Part shown: positions 17,490-25,793 of the stretch, piece after piece
Layout: every line of letters begins with the position of its first letter
Position numbering within the stretch: position 1 is the first letter of the stretch
Translations under genes and position numbers: made by a program
Assembly (NCBI GenBank): GCA_028700425.1
Contig: JAQVSP010000001.1
Coordinates: 1,237 to 65,236, forward strand
Direction: 5' to 3'
Origin: Sphaerochaetaceae bacterium
GTDB taxonomy: Bacteria > Spirochaetota > Spirochaetia > Sphaerochaetales > Sphaerochaetaceae
DNA: 64,000 nt
The notes under the pieces: model-generated
The model's input: only the letters and a program-made list of their open reading frames with translations
Databases searched by the model: none
Told to the model about the DNA's origin: nothing

Positions 17490-19124
17490 TTATAGCATCA
17501 CTGTGCCGTTTGAGCCATACATCTGCTGGCGAAGAGCCTTGATTGACTCGTCGGAGAAGTAATCCTCGAAGTTCATCCTCCTGTCGAGGACTCCGCTTGG
17601 AGTGAACTCTATGATCCTGTTTGCCACAGTGGATACAAACTCATGGTCATGGCTGTTGAAAAGCACAACTCCCTTGAATTCCTCCAGAGCATTGTTGAGG
17701 CTTGTGATGGCTTCCAGGTCGAGATGGCTTGTTGGCTCGTCGAAGATCAGGCAGTTGGCGCCTTCCAGCATCAGCTTTGCCAGCACGCATCTCACCTTCT
17801 CTCCCCCACTTAGAACCCTGCAGTCCTTAAGGCTTTCATCGCCTGTGAAAAGCATTCTTCCAAGGAAGCTCCGAATGAAGGTCTCATCCTTCTCCTCTGA
17901 GAACTGAGCAAGCCAATCCATGATGCTGATCTCCTGCTGGAAATAGCGGGAATTGTCCTTGGGAAAGTAGCCAACCGATGTGGTGACTCCCCACTCATAG
18001 GTTCCGCTGTCGCACTCCATCTGGCCGCTTATGATCTCAAAGAGCACTGTCTTGGCATAATGGTTGGGTCCGACGAAGGCTATCTTGTCTCCAGGAAGGA
18101 CCTCCAGGTCATAGTCAGTGAGTATGGGCTCGCCATCTATGCTCTTGCTTATGGCATAGCAGTTGAGAACATTCTTGCCAATATCCCTGTTGGGCTTGAA
18201 GGCAACATAGGGAAAGCGCCTTGAAGAGGGCTTGATGTCATCAATTGTCAGCTTGTCTATGAGCTTCTTGCGGCTGGTGGCCTGCTTTGCCTTGGCCACG
18301 TTGCTGCTGAAGCGCTGGATGAACTCCTTCAGCTCGCTGATCTTCTCATCCCGCCTTTTCTTCTCATCCTTCATCTGCTTGAGGGCAAGCTGGCTTGACA
18401 GGTACCAGAAGTCATAGTTGCCCACATATAGCTGAATTCGGCCAAAGTCTATGTCGGCAATATGGGTGCAGACTGTGTTGAGAAAGTGCCTGTCGTGGGA
18501 GACAACGATGACAGTGTTATTGAAATGTGCCAGAAAATCATCCAGCCAATGCACGCTTTCCAGGTCAAGGTGGTTTGTAGGCTCATCCAGAAGCAGGATG
18601 TCAGGATTTCCAAAAAGCGCCTGGGCAAGAAGGACTCTTACCTTGAGGTTGTCCTCGATGTCGCTCATAAGCTTGTCATGAAGATCGGTGGGTATCCCAA
18701 GTCCATCAAGAAGGACTCCAGCATCGCTCTCGGCTTCCCAGCCTCCTATCTCGGCAAACTCTGTCTCCAGCTCGGAGGCTCGTATGCCATCGGCTTCAGT
18801 GAATTCAGCCTTCTCGTATATGGCATCCTTCTCCTTCATGGTGGAGTAGAGCTTGGGGTAGCCTTTTATTACGGTCTCTATGACTGTAAAGTCATTGAAC
18901 TCAAAATGGTCCTGCTTAAGGGTGGCAAGGCGCTCACCCGGGGTGATGATGATCTCTCCGGTATCCGGCTCAAGATCTCCGCTAAGGATCTTCAGGAAGG
19001 TGGACTTTCCAGCACCATTTGCACCTATTATGCCATAGCAGTTTCCTGGAGTGAACTTGAGATTCACCTCCTTGAAAAGAACCTGAGTTCCAAAAGATAG
19101 AGAAACATTGGCAGCAGTAAGCAT
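17490..19124 (-). CDS. ABC-F family ATPase (two ABC domains, no transmembrane domain)
   Basis: Two Walker A sites (GANGAGKST; GPNHYAKT), two LSGGE-type signatures, and a charged linker KDEKKRRDEKISELKEF. Confidence 0.9.
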   Translation of the reverse strand: MLTAANVSLSFGTQVLFKEVNLKFTPGNCYGIIGANGAGKSTFLKILSGDLEPDTGEIIITPGERLATLKQDHFEFNDFTVIETVIKGYPKLYSTMKEKDAIYEKAEFTEADGIRASELETEFAEIGGWEAESDAGVLLDGLGIPTDLHDKLMSDIEDNLKVRVLLAQALFGNPDILLLDEPTNHLDLESVHWLDDFLAHFNNTVIVVSHDRHFLNTVCTHIADIDFGRIQLYVGNYDFWYLSSQLALKQMKDEKKRRDEKISELKEFIQRFSSNVAKAKQATSRKKLIDKLTIDDIKPSSRRFPYVAFKPNRDIGKNVLNCYAISKSIDGEPILTDYDLEVLPGDKIAFVGPNHYAKTVLFEIISGQMECDSGTYEWGVTTSVGYFPKDNSRYFQQEISIMDWLAQFSEEKDETFIRSFLGRMLFTGDESLKDCRVLSGGEKVRCVLAKLMLEGANCLIFDEPTSHLDLEAITSLNNALEEFKGVVLFNSHDHEFVSTVANRIIEFTPSGVLDRRMNFEDYFSDESIKALRQQMYGSNGTVML

Positions 19125-19141
19125 TTTGGAGCCTCCATGGC

Positions 19142-19166
19142 AAAAAAATAGGCAGCCTCAGCTGCC
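19142..19166 (-). terminator. rho-independent terminator after the tRNA-Gln/tRNA-Glu pair
   Basis: Reverse strand reads GGCAGC-TGAG-GCTGCC-TA-TTTTTTT. Confidence 0.7.
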
Positions 19167-19169
19167 TTA

Positions 19170-19241
19170 TAGTCCCAAGGGGAGTCGAACCCCTGTTTAG
19201 AGACTGAGAATCTCCTGTCCTAACCACTAGACGATGGGACC
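19170..19241 (-). tRNA. tRNA-Glu (anticodon CUC)
   Basis: Reverse complement is GGTCCCATCGTCTAGTGGTTAGGACAGGAGATTCTCAGTCTCTAAACAGGGGTTCGACTCCCCTTGGGACTA. D-arm is typical of tRNA-Glu. The anticodon loop is TTCTCAG. Confidence 0.85.
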
Positions 19242-19253
19242 GTCTTTACTCAA

Positions 19254-19324
19254 CTGGGATGGAGGGACTCGAACCCCCAAAGGCAGAACCAGAATCTGCA
19301 GTGTTACCGTTACACCACATCCCA
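19254..19324 (-). tRNA. tRNA-Gln (anticodon CUG)
   Basis: Reverse complement is TGGGATGTGGTGTAACGGTAACACTGCAGATTCTGGTTCTGCCTTTGGGGGTTCGAGTCCCTCCATCCCAG. It has the U1-A72 pair typical of tRNA-Gln. The anticodon loop is TTCTGGT. Confidence 0.85.
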
Positions 19325-19336
19325 AACAACATCGGT

Positions 19337-19365
19337 AGAATAAAGAAAAGGCTTTTCTTTGTCAA
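19337..19365 (-). promoter_or_regulatory. candidate sigma-70 promoter of the tRNA-Gln/Glu pair
   Basis: Reverse strand reads TTGACA-17 nt-TATTCT, ending 12 nt before the tRNA-Gln 5' end. Confidence 0.5.
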
Positions 19366-19394
19366 TAACAAAAAGTGCCTTGGCAACTTGTTTT

Positions 19395-19880
19395 TCAATA
19401 GCTTATGAGAGTCTTCACATCATAGGACAGAAGATTCTCCTCATATCCCCTGTCCTTGAGGCCGATTATCCCAAAAATGGCCCCAACTGCTGAACCTCTG
19501 CCCTCAATGCACTGTGCGGCCGACAGGGCTGTCTTGCCGCTGGCGATCAGGTCGTCCACAATCAAAAACTTCATGTTGCTGTCGATCTGGTCCCTTGGAG
19601 TGTTGAGGGTGTAGTTCTCCTGATGAAAAGCATTGTGCAGTGTCTCAAGAAACATGAGGGGAAGATGCATGCGATAGGCAAAAGGGGCTGCAAAGACTAC
19701 TCCCCTGCCGCTGGAGCATGCAACTGCATCCAGCCTGAGATCGCGGTAGAACTCGCACATCATGTCAACGCAATATGAAAGAGCATCGGGATTGAGGATG
19801 ATCTTGCGCACTTCATAGAAGACCTGTCCGCTTTCAGTCTGCTTCTTCGCTATAAGCTTGTCGATATCATATGGCTTCAT
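19395..19880 (-). CDS. type I phosphoribosyltransferase family protein (Apt-like)
   Basis: FLIVDDLIASGKTA PRPP-binding motif. Start trimmed to the ATG at 19880 (AGGAG upstream), which removes the overlap with tsaD. Confidence 0.7.
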   Translation of the reverse strand: MKPYDIDKLIAKKQTESGQVFYEVRKIILNPDALSYCVDMMCEFYRDLRLDAVACSSGRGVVFAAPFAYRMHLPLMFLETLHNAFHQENYTLNTPRDQIDSNMKFLIVDDLIASGKTALSAAQCIEGRGSAVGAIFGIIGLKDRGYEENLLSYDVKTLISY

Positions 19881-19890
19881 TGCAACTCCT

Positions 19891-20901
19891 TCACTGCTTC
19901 TTGAAAGCAGCAACCCTAGCGCTTGGCTCAAGGTCAAGGCCGCTGGAATATCCATCGCTTAGGTATTTGTATCCTAGTCCTGCAACCATTGCTGCGTTGT
20001 CTGTGCATAGCTTAAGGGAAGGAAAGGAGGTTTGCACTCCCCGCTTCTCGAACTGCTTGAGAGAGGACCTGATAAGCGAGTTGGCAGCAACTCCGCCACC
20101 TGCTGCAAGCCTCATAAGGCCAGTATCCTTTAGAGCCTTGTCTACTCTTTTGACCAGGATCCCTACAGCGCATCTTTGGAAGCTGGCGCAGATATCCTCT
20201 ACCTTTACGTTCTGGGCATCCCCGAACTTGGCCAGCTGGTTGATCACCGCTGTCTTGAGGCCTGAATATGACATGTCGTAAGGATGCCCCTTCTTGTTGA
20301 TGCAGGCGCCTGGAAACATGAAGGCCTTGGGATCTCCGCTCTGGGCGAGCCTGTCAATCCTGACCCCACCTGGATAGCCCAGCTGATAATGCTTGGCAAC
20401 CTTGTCAAAGGCCTCTCCGATAGCATCATCGATGGTCGTTCCAAGAACGTCGATGTCATCATAGCCATCGACCTGGCATATGACAGTATGTCCGCCTGAA
20501 ACCAAGACTCCAAGATAAGGGTACTCAAGAGGGTTCTCGATCTGAGACGCATAAAGATGGGCCCTGATATGATCTATCCCAATGAAGGGCTTATCCAAGG
20601 AAACTGCATAGGCCTTGGCAAAGTTGACACCGACCAGAAGCGATCCAAGAAGTCCAGGACGGGAGGTCACGGCGACTGCATCCACATCGGCGCTGGTCAT
20701 TCCAGCCTTTTCAAGGGCTGCCTTTGCAACCTGCTCTATCCATTGGGTATGAAGCCTTGAGGCAATCTCAGGCACAACCCCATCAAAGCACTTATGAAGC
20801 TCTATCTGGGTTGCAATGACATTTGAGAGTATTCTATGCCCATTCTCTACAACAGCTGCCGAGCACTCATCGCAGGATGTCTCGATTCCTAGGACTTTCA
20901 T
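19891..20901 (-). CDS. tsaD: tRNA N6-adenosine threonylcarbamoyltransferase
   Basis: MKVLGIETSCDE...HIRAHLY...VSGGHT...GGVAAN motifs of Kae1/TsaD. Confidence 0.9.
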   Translation of the reverse strand: MKVLGIETSCDECSAAVVENGHRILSNVIATQIELHKCFDGVVPEIASRLHTQWIEQVAKAALEKAGMTSADVDAVAVTSRPGLLGSLLVGVNFAKAYAVSLDKPFIGIDHIRAHLYASQIENPLEYPYLGVLVSGGHTVICQVDGYDDIDVLGTTIDDAIGEAFDKVAKHYQLGYPGGVRIDRLAQSGDPKAFMFPGACINKKGHPYDMSYSGLKTAVINQLAKFGDAQNVKVEDICASFQRCAVGILVKRVDKALKDTGLMRLAAGGGVAANSLIRSSLKQFEKRGVQTSFPSLKLCTDNAAMVAGLGYKYLSDGYSSGLDLEPSARVAAFKKQ

Positions 20902-21239
20902 TTCTTCTTCTTTGCCTTCTTGGCCTTGGCCTGCGGCTTCTCGGTATAGATGATGTCCTCGGTGAAATCCTCAAGATCCTCATCAAGGAAGCTGCCAAGG
21001 TCATCAAGCCCATATTCTGCAGGATACTCCAGGCCATCCATATAGGACCCTATAACCTGGCTGGGAATCTGGCTTGGCCTTGGGGCTGTGAACATCATGT
21101 GAAGACTGAAGCTATAGGGATATGCAGTCTTCAAAAAACCGTAGGTTTCTAGAGACAAGGGGCTTGAGCTTTGGTAAGCTCCCCTCTTATGCATCGGCTC
21201 TTTCAGCGTCCAGTCAAGGGACTTGATCTTTTCATTCAT
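20898..21239 (-). CDS. hypothetical protein with an acidic core and a poly-Lys tail
   Basis: 113 aa ending KPQAKAKKAKKKK. ATGA overlap with the tsaD start. No family recognised. Confidence 0.45.
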   Translation of the reverse strand: MNEKIKSLDWTLKEPMHKRGAYQSSSPLSLETYGFLKTAYPYSFSLHMMFTAPRPSQIPSQVIGSYMDGLEYPAEYGLDDLGSFLDEDLEDFTEDIIYTEKPQAKAKKAKKKK

Positions 21240-21282
21240 GATTTAAGTAAACGTTTTTTTCAGGCCAAGGTCAATATAGCTG

Positions 21283-21311
21283 TTGATTTTTTTATGTAGA
21301 GCCAATAATAT
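21283..21311 (+). promoter_or_regulatory. candidate sigma-70 promoter of tRNA-Thr
   Basis: TTGATT-17 nt-TAATAT, ending 9 nt before the tRNA 5' end. Confidence 0.5.
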
Positions 21312-21320
21312 CATTAGAGC

Positions 21321-21392
21321 GCCAAAATGGCTCAGGGGTAGAGCAGCTCACTCGTAATGAGCAGGTCCTCGGTTCGAATCCGAGTTTTGGCT
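21321..21392 (+). tRNA. tRNA-Thr (anticodon CGU)
   Basis: GCCAAAATGGCTCAGGGGTAGAGCAGCTCACTCGTAATGAGCAGGTCCTCGGTTCGAATCCGAGTTTTGGCT. Anticodon stem GCTCA/TGAGC, anticodon loop CTCGTAA. Confidence 0.9.
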
Positions 21393-21394
21393 GA

Positions 21395-21422
21395 GGCCTT
21401 CCTTGTGAAGGCCATTTCTTTT
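21395..21422 (+). terminator. rho-independent terminator after tRNA-Thr
   Basis: GGCCTTC-CTTGT-GAAGGCC followed by ATTTCTTTT. Confidence 0.6.
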
Positions 21423-21453
21423 AGAAGAAGAGGCCCTTTCGGGCCTCTTTCTT
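21423..21453. terminator. bidirectional hairpin terminator (serves ppdK on the minus strand)
   Basis: GAGGCCC-TTTC-GGGCCTC flanked by T-rich runs on both strands, 7 nt downstream of the ppdK stop. Confidence 0.6.
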
Positions 21454-21459
21454 GATTTG

Positions 21460-24150
21460 CTACCTTAAAGCAGCCTGGGCGGCTGAAAGACGAGCAATAG
21501 GCACTCTGAATGGAGAGCAGGACACATAGTTCAATCCTACCTTCTGGCAGAATGCAATGGTCTTGGGATCTCCACCATGCTCGCCGCAGATTCCCATCTT
21601 AAGATTAGGCTTCACGCTTCTTCCAAGCTCGACTGCCATCTTCAGGATCTTCCCTACTCCACCTTCGTCTATTGTTGCAAAGGGGTCGTAGTCGTAGAAC
21701 ATCTTGTCTGGATCGTTGACATAAGGAATCAGGAAGCTTGATGCGTCGTCTCTCGAGAAGCCGCAGGTCATCTGAGTAAGGTCGTTTGTTCCAAAGCTGA
21801 AGAACTCAGCAGACCTGGCGATCTCGTCAGCTGTGATGGCGGCTCTAGGAACCTCTATCATTGTACCGATTCTGTACTCAACCTTCTTGCCGGTCTTTTC
21901 AAAGACCTCCTTGATGGCTTCCTCTGCCTTGGCCTTGCAGTAGTCAAACTCCTTGTAGTTGCCCACAAGAGGTATCATGATCTCTGGCTTGACAGATATT
22001 CCAGCTTCATTGACCTCGATGGCAGCCTCGATGATGGCCTTGACCTGCATCCTGAGAATCTCTGGGTAGACTATTGCAAGCCTGCATCCTCTAAATCCAA
22101 GCATGGGGTTGAACTCCATGAGCTCGTTGGTCTTCTTTGCAATCTCATCAACTGTCGTGTTGAGCTTAAGGCTCATCTCATGGCGGCTGGTATGGTCATT
22201 GGGGAGGAACTCGTGAAGCGGCGGGTCAAGAAGCCTGATGGTAGCCGGGCGTCCCTGAAGGGTCTTGAACATGGCAACGAAGTCTTCCTTCTGCATGGGG
22301 AGAAGCTCATCGAGAGCTCTCTCTCGCTCGATTCGGTTGTTGGCAAGAATCATCTTGCGAATGCTTATGATCCTCTTCTCTCCAAAGAACATGTGCTCAG
22401 TCCTGCAAAGCCCGATGCCCTCTGCTCCAAGAAGGATTGCAGTCACAGTATCTGCTGGGGTGTCGGCATTGGTCCTGACGCCCATGGTCTTGTACTCGTC
22501 AACATAGCCCATGAACTTGCGGTAGTTGGTGTAGAGATTGCTGTCAGCTTCCTTCATCTGTCCGCGAAGAACCTGCATGATCTCTGAGTCCTTGACCTCG
22601 ATCTTGGTTGCATAGATCGCTCCAGTGAAGCCGTCGATGGAAACGAAGTCTCCCTTCTTGAGAGTGATTCCGTTGACTTCCATGAGGTTCTCTCTCTCGT
22701 TGACCCGGATTGCTCCTGCACCAGAGACACAGGGGCAGCCCATTCCGCGAGCAACCACTGCAGCATGGCTTGTCATGCCGCCTCTGCAGGTGATCACACC
22801 GCGGGACACATGCATGCCTCCGATGTCCTCGGGGCTGGTTTCAGTCCTGACAAGTATGACATCATGGCCTTCCTTGCTCAGGGCCTCTGCATCAAGTGCA
22901 GTGAAGCAAATCTGTCCGCAGGCTCCTCCTGGTGAGGCATTGAGGCCGTTTGTAACCGGCTTTATGTTGTTTGCCTTTATGCTCTTCTGGTCAAGAATCG
23001 GTGCAAAAAGCTTGTTGAACTCAGAGGCTGGCACTCTAAGGATGGCTGTCTTCTTGTCGATGAGGCCTTCCTCTACCATCTCAACCTGGGTTCTGAGCCA
23101 GCTGAATATGGTTCTCTTTCCATTTCTGGTCTGGAGCATGAACAGCTTGCCTTCCTGGATGGTGAACTCAATGTCCTGCATGTCGTGGTAATGATTTTCA
23201 AGAGTGGTCCTGATCTGGCAAAGCTGATTGTAGACATCAGGATTGATCTTCTCAAGGGTATCTATGGTCTGAGGCGTCCTTATGCCTGCAACCACATCCT
23301 CACCCTGTGCGTTCATCAGGAACTCCCCGTAGAACCTGTTCTCTCCGGTGGAAGGGTCTCTTGTAAAGGCCACTCCTGTTCCGCTTGTCAGGCCCATGTT
23401 TCCAAAGACCATGCTCTGCACGTTTACAGCAGTTCCAAGAAGGCCGCGGATGTCGTTGAGCTGTCGGTACTTGATGGCTCTCTCATTATTCCAGGAGCCA
23501 AAGACAGCATCGATGGCCTTGAAGAGCTGGGTCTCAGGGTCAGTGGGGAAGCTCTCTCCAGTGGCCTTCTTGTAGATCCTCTTGTACTTCTCGACAAGCT
23601 TCTTCAGGTCGTCTGTTGTCATCTCAAGGTCCTGGACAATGTTCCTTTCCGCCTTGATGGACTCGATGGCCTCTTCAAAGAGTGCGTGAGGCACTCCCAT
23701 GACCACATCGCCGAACATCTGCATGAAGCGCCTGTAGGAGTCCCATGCAAAGCGCTCATTTCCAGTCTTCTTGATAAGCCCCTGAACTGAATCCGGATTC
23801 ATTCCCAAATTCAGCACAGTGTCCATCATTCCAGGCATTGACTGAGCAGCTCCGCTTCGCACTGAAACCAGCAGTGGATTGTCCTTGTCGCCGAGTCTGG
23901 CTCCCATAATCTGCTCAAGCTTATGGAGGTTGGCAAGAACCTCCTCCTTCATTCCCTCAGGATACTGTCCCTTGCTGGACGAAAAAAAAGCACAGGCTTC
24001 TGTGCTTATAGTGAATCCCGGTGGGACCGGGAGTCCGATTGCGGTCATCTCTGCAAGATTCGCGCCTTTTCCTCCGAGAAGATCCTTCATCTCGGCCTTT
24101 CCTTCCGCAACGCCATTTGCGAAGAAGAAAACGTACTTCTTAGAATCCAT
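21460..24150 (-). CDS. ppdK: pyruvate, phosphate dikinase
   Basis: KDLLGGKGANLAEM, GGMTSHAAVVARGMG (phospho-His loop) and CGEHGGDP C-terminal PEP-utilising motifs. Start trimmed to the ATG at 24150 (MDSKKYVFFF), which has AGGAG upstream. Confidence 0.95.
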   Translation of the reverse strand: MDSKKYVFFFANGVAEGKAEMKDLLGGKGANLAEMTAIGLPVPPGFTISTEACAFFSSSKGQYPEGMKEEVLANLHKLEQIMGARLGDKDNPLLVSVRSGAAQSMPGMMDTVLNLGMNPDSVQGLIKKTGNERFAWDSYRRFMQMFGDVVMGVPHALFEEAIESIKAERNIVQDLEMTTDDLKKLVEKYKRIYKKATGESFPTDPETQLFKAIDAVFGSWNNERAIKYRQLNDIRGLLGTAVNVQSMVFGNMGLTSGTGVAFTRDPSTGENRFYGEFLMNAQGEDVVAGIRTPQTIDTLEKINPDVYNQLCQIRTTLENHYHDMQDIEFTIQEGKLFMLQTRNGKRTIFSWLRTQVEMVEEGLIDKKTAILRVPASEFNKLFAPILDQKSIKANNIKPVTNGLNASPGGACGQICFTALDAEALSKEGHDVILVRTETSPEDIGGMHVSRGVITCRGGMTSHAAVVARGMGCPCVSGAGAIRVNERENLMEVNGITLKKGDFVSIDGFTGAIYATKIEVKDSEIMQVLRGQMKEADSNLYTNYRKFMGYVDEYKTMGVRTNADTPADTVTAILLGAEGIGLCRTEHMFFGEKRIISIRKMILANNRIERERALDELLPMQKEDFVAMFKTLQGRPATIRLLDPPLHEFLPNDHTSRHEMSLKLNTTVDEIAKKTNELMEFNPMLGFRGCRLAIVYPEILRMQVKAIIEAAIEVNEAGISVKPEIMIPLVGNYKEFDYCKAKAEEAIKEVFEKTGKKVEYRIGTMIEVPRAAITADEIARSAEFFSFGTNDLTQMTCGFSRDDASSFLIPYVNDPDKMFYDYDPFATIDEGGVGKILKMAVELGRSVKPNLKMGICGEHGGDPKTIAFCQKVGLNYVSCSPFRVPIARLSAAQAALR

Positions 24151-24210
24151 AAAAACTCCTAACTCTTTCTTTGTAGTTCTTTTTTTGCTTCTTTTCAAAA
24201 CAGATAGTTG

Positions 24211-24239
24211 AATTTATCCCCTTTAACCTTATTTGTCAA
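24211..24239 (-). promoter_or_regulatory. candidate sigma-70 promoter of ppdK
   Basis: Reverse strand reads TTGACA-17 nt-TAAATT, about 60 nt upstream of the start codon. Confidence 0.45.
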
Positions 24240-24302
24240 TCTATATAAATCACAGATGTTACTTTTAGGTGATTTTGAAGCGTTTTTTTTCATGTTATGA
24301 AC

Positions 24303-24330
24303 AAAAAAAGAGCAGGATCAGCTCCTGCTC
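24303..24330 (-). terminator. rho-independent terminator after the sigma factor gene
   Basis: Reverse strand reads GAGCAGGA-GCTGA-TCCTGCTC-TTTTTTT. Confidence 0.7.
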
Positions 24331-24350
24331 TTTCTATATCATGGCATTAC

Positions 24351-25202
24351 CTAGGCTGAATATATCTTCAGCTGCTGGAAATCCTCATCGCTTGCAAGCT
24401 TCTTCATCATCTTGCCCTCGATCTGGCGAATTCTTTCCTTTGTAAGGTTATAGAGCTCTCCAATCTCCTTTAGGCTCATCGGATGATTGCCATTCAGCCC
24501 AAAGCGCAGCTCAAGTATGTTGCGATCCTTCTCCGGGAACTTCGCAAGAACCTTGTTTATCTCAGTCTTCAGGCTCTGATCCATGACTACATCATCAGGA
24601 GCCTTCTCATCGCTTTCAATGAACTCTCCTAGTGAGGAGGATCCAGCGACGGTGGTGATCGGCGCCTCAAGACTTGTCATCTCGCGGCTGATCGATATCA
24701 AGGCCCTGACATCATCGCTTTCAAGGTTGCATACTTCTGCAAGCTCCTCAACAGTAGGCTCCTTGCCAGTCTTCTGCTCCAGATGGAACCTGGCCTTCTG
24801 TATGTTGGCTAGGTCAGCTCCCTTGTTCATTGGAAGCCTTATCATCCTGACCTTGTCTCCAAGGCTCTTCAGGATCGCCTGCTTGATCCACCATACTGCA
24901 TAGGATATGAAGTGATAGCCCTTCTCAGGCTCGAACTTGTCTACAGCTGTCATAAGACCTATATTGCCCTCATTGATGAGGTCGATAAGAGGGATTCCCC
25001 TCTTCTGGTATTTCTTGGCTATGCTGACCACGAAGCGAAGGTTTGCCTCTATGACTCGATTGCGGGCGCTAACGTCTCCGGACTTTGCCTTCATGCACAG
25101 ATCATATTCCTCTTCCCTAGAGAGAAGTGGAATGGCTTCAATCTCCTTCAGATACATTGCCAGGAAATTGTCGTCTTCGTTATATAGGCTTGCTTTGTCC
25201 AT
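24351..25202 (-). CDS. RNA polymerase sigma factor, sigma-70 family group 2 (RpoS-like, 284 aa)
   Basis: Region 1.2 (YLKEIEAIPLLSREEEYDL), region 2 (NLRFVVSIAKKY...DLINEGNIGLMTAVDKF...YAVWWIKQAI), and region 4 (MSLKEIGELYNLTKERIRQIEGK). Too short for RpoD, and region 1.2 argues against FliA. Start trimmed to the ATG at 25202 (AAGGAG 7 nt upstream). Confidence 0.8.
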   Translation of the reverse strand: MDKASLYNEDDNFLAMYLKEIEAIPLLSREEEYDLCMKAKSGDVSARNRVIEANLRFVVSIAKKYQKRGIPLIDLINEGNIGLMTAVDKFEPEKGYHFISYAVWWIKQAILKSLGDKVRMIRLPMNKGADLANIQKARFHLEQKTGKEPTVEELAEVCNLESDDVRALISISREMTSLEAPITTVAGSSSLGEFIESDEKAPDDVVMDQSLKTEINKVLAKFPEKDRNILELRFGLNGNHPMSLKEIGELYNLTKERIRQIEGKMMKKLASDEDFQQLKIYSA

Positions 25203-25226
25203 TGTTAAACTCCTTGACAATGACAA

Positions 25227-25242
25227 TGCAAGAATCGTGCCA
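25227..25242 (-). promoter_or_regulatory. sigma-54 (RpoN) -24/-12 promoter
   Basis: Reverse strand reads TGGCACGATTCTTGCA, an exact match to TGGCACG-N4-TTGCW. The -12 GC lies 26 nt upstream of the sigma factor ATG. Confidence 0.75.
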
Positions 25243-25385
25243 AACAACATAACTCCACTAAATACATGATTTAATGCTTATTCTTGATAAGGATGCTAAG
25301 TTGAAACGGGTCATTTTAACCCATCTGCCTCAAAACATATAAAAAAAGGGTCATCTTGACACGTTTTTCTGCAGATTTATCAGAA

Positions 25386-25793
25386 TCAGACACATTTCTC
25401 GAAGAATTGACCCACCTGGGCCTCTTCTGGACACTCTATATCATATGGAAAGTCTATCCTGACCATCTTGTAGAGCCTCCTTGGCTCTGAGAAGAGATTG
25501 ACGTAATCCTTCACGTCCTCCCACTTCTCCTTGATCAAGGCGTAAATCATGTCCCCTTCGCAGAAGCTCATGTTCAGGCTTCTTCTTGAAAGAAGGTAGA
25601 TGGTCATCTGAATCTCAAAGAAGCTATAGAAGTCCTTGTCAATGGAGAGGCATCTTGCGTTGCGGAAGAAGAAAGCGTTGCAGAGGCACCTTAGTGCATT
25701 TGCCAGGTCGGCAGAGCGTGCAAAGACCTTGGCCAGGTCATAAAACTCAGTCCCTGGATCCTTTCTTGTCACATTGCATAGCTGAAAGACCAT
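25386..25793 (-). CDS. hypothetical protein (135 aa, Cys/Phe-rich)
   Basis: GAGGAG SD 8 nt upstream of the ATG. No recognisable family. Confidence 0.45.
   Translation of the reverse strand: MVFQLCNVTRKDPGTEFYDLAKVFARSADLANALRCLCNAFFFRNARCLSIDKDFYSFFEIQMTIYLLSRRSLNMSFCEGDMIYALIKEKWEDVKDYVNLFSEPRRLYKMVRIDFPYDIECPEEAQVGQFFEKCV

Noticed and set aside
18982-19227. An 81-aa ORF on the minus strand.
   Set aside because: It spans the ABC-F start, an intrinsic terminator and most of tRNA-Glu, so it is not a plausible gene.
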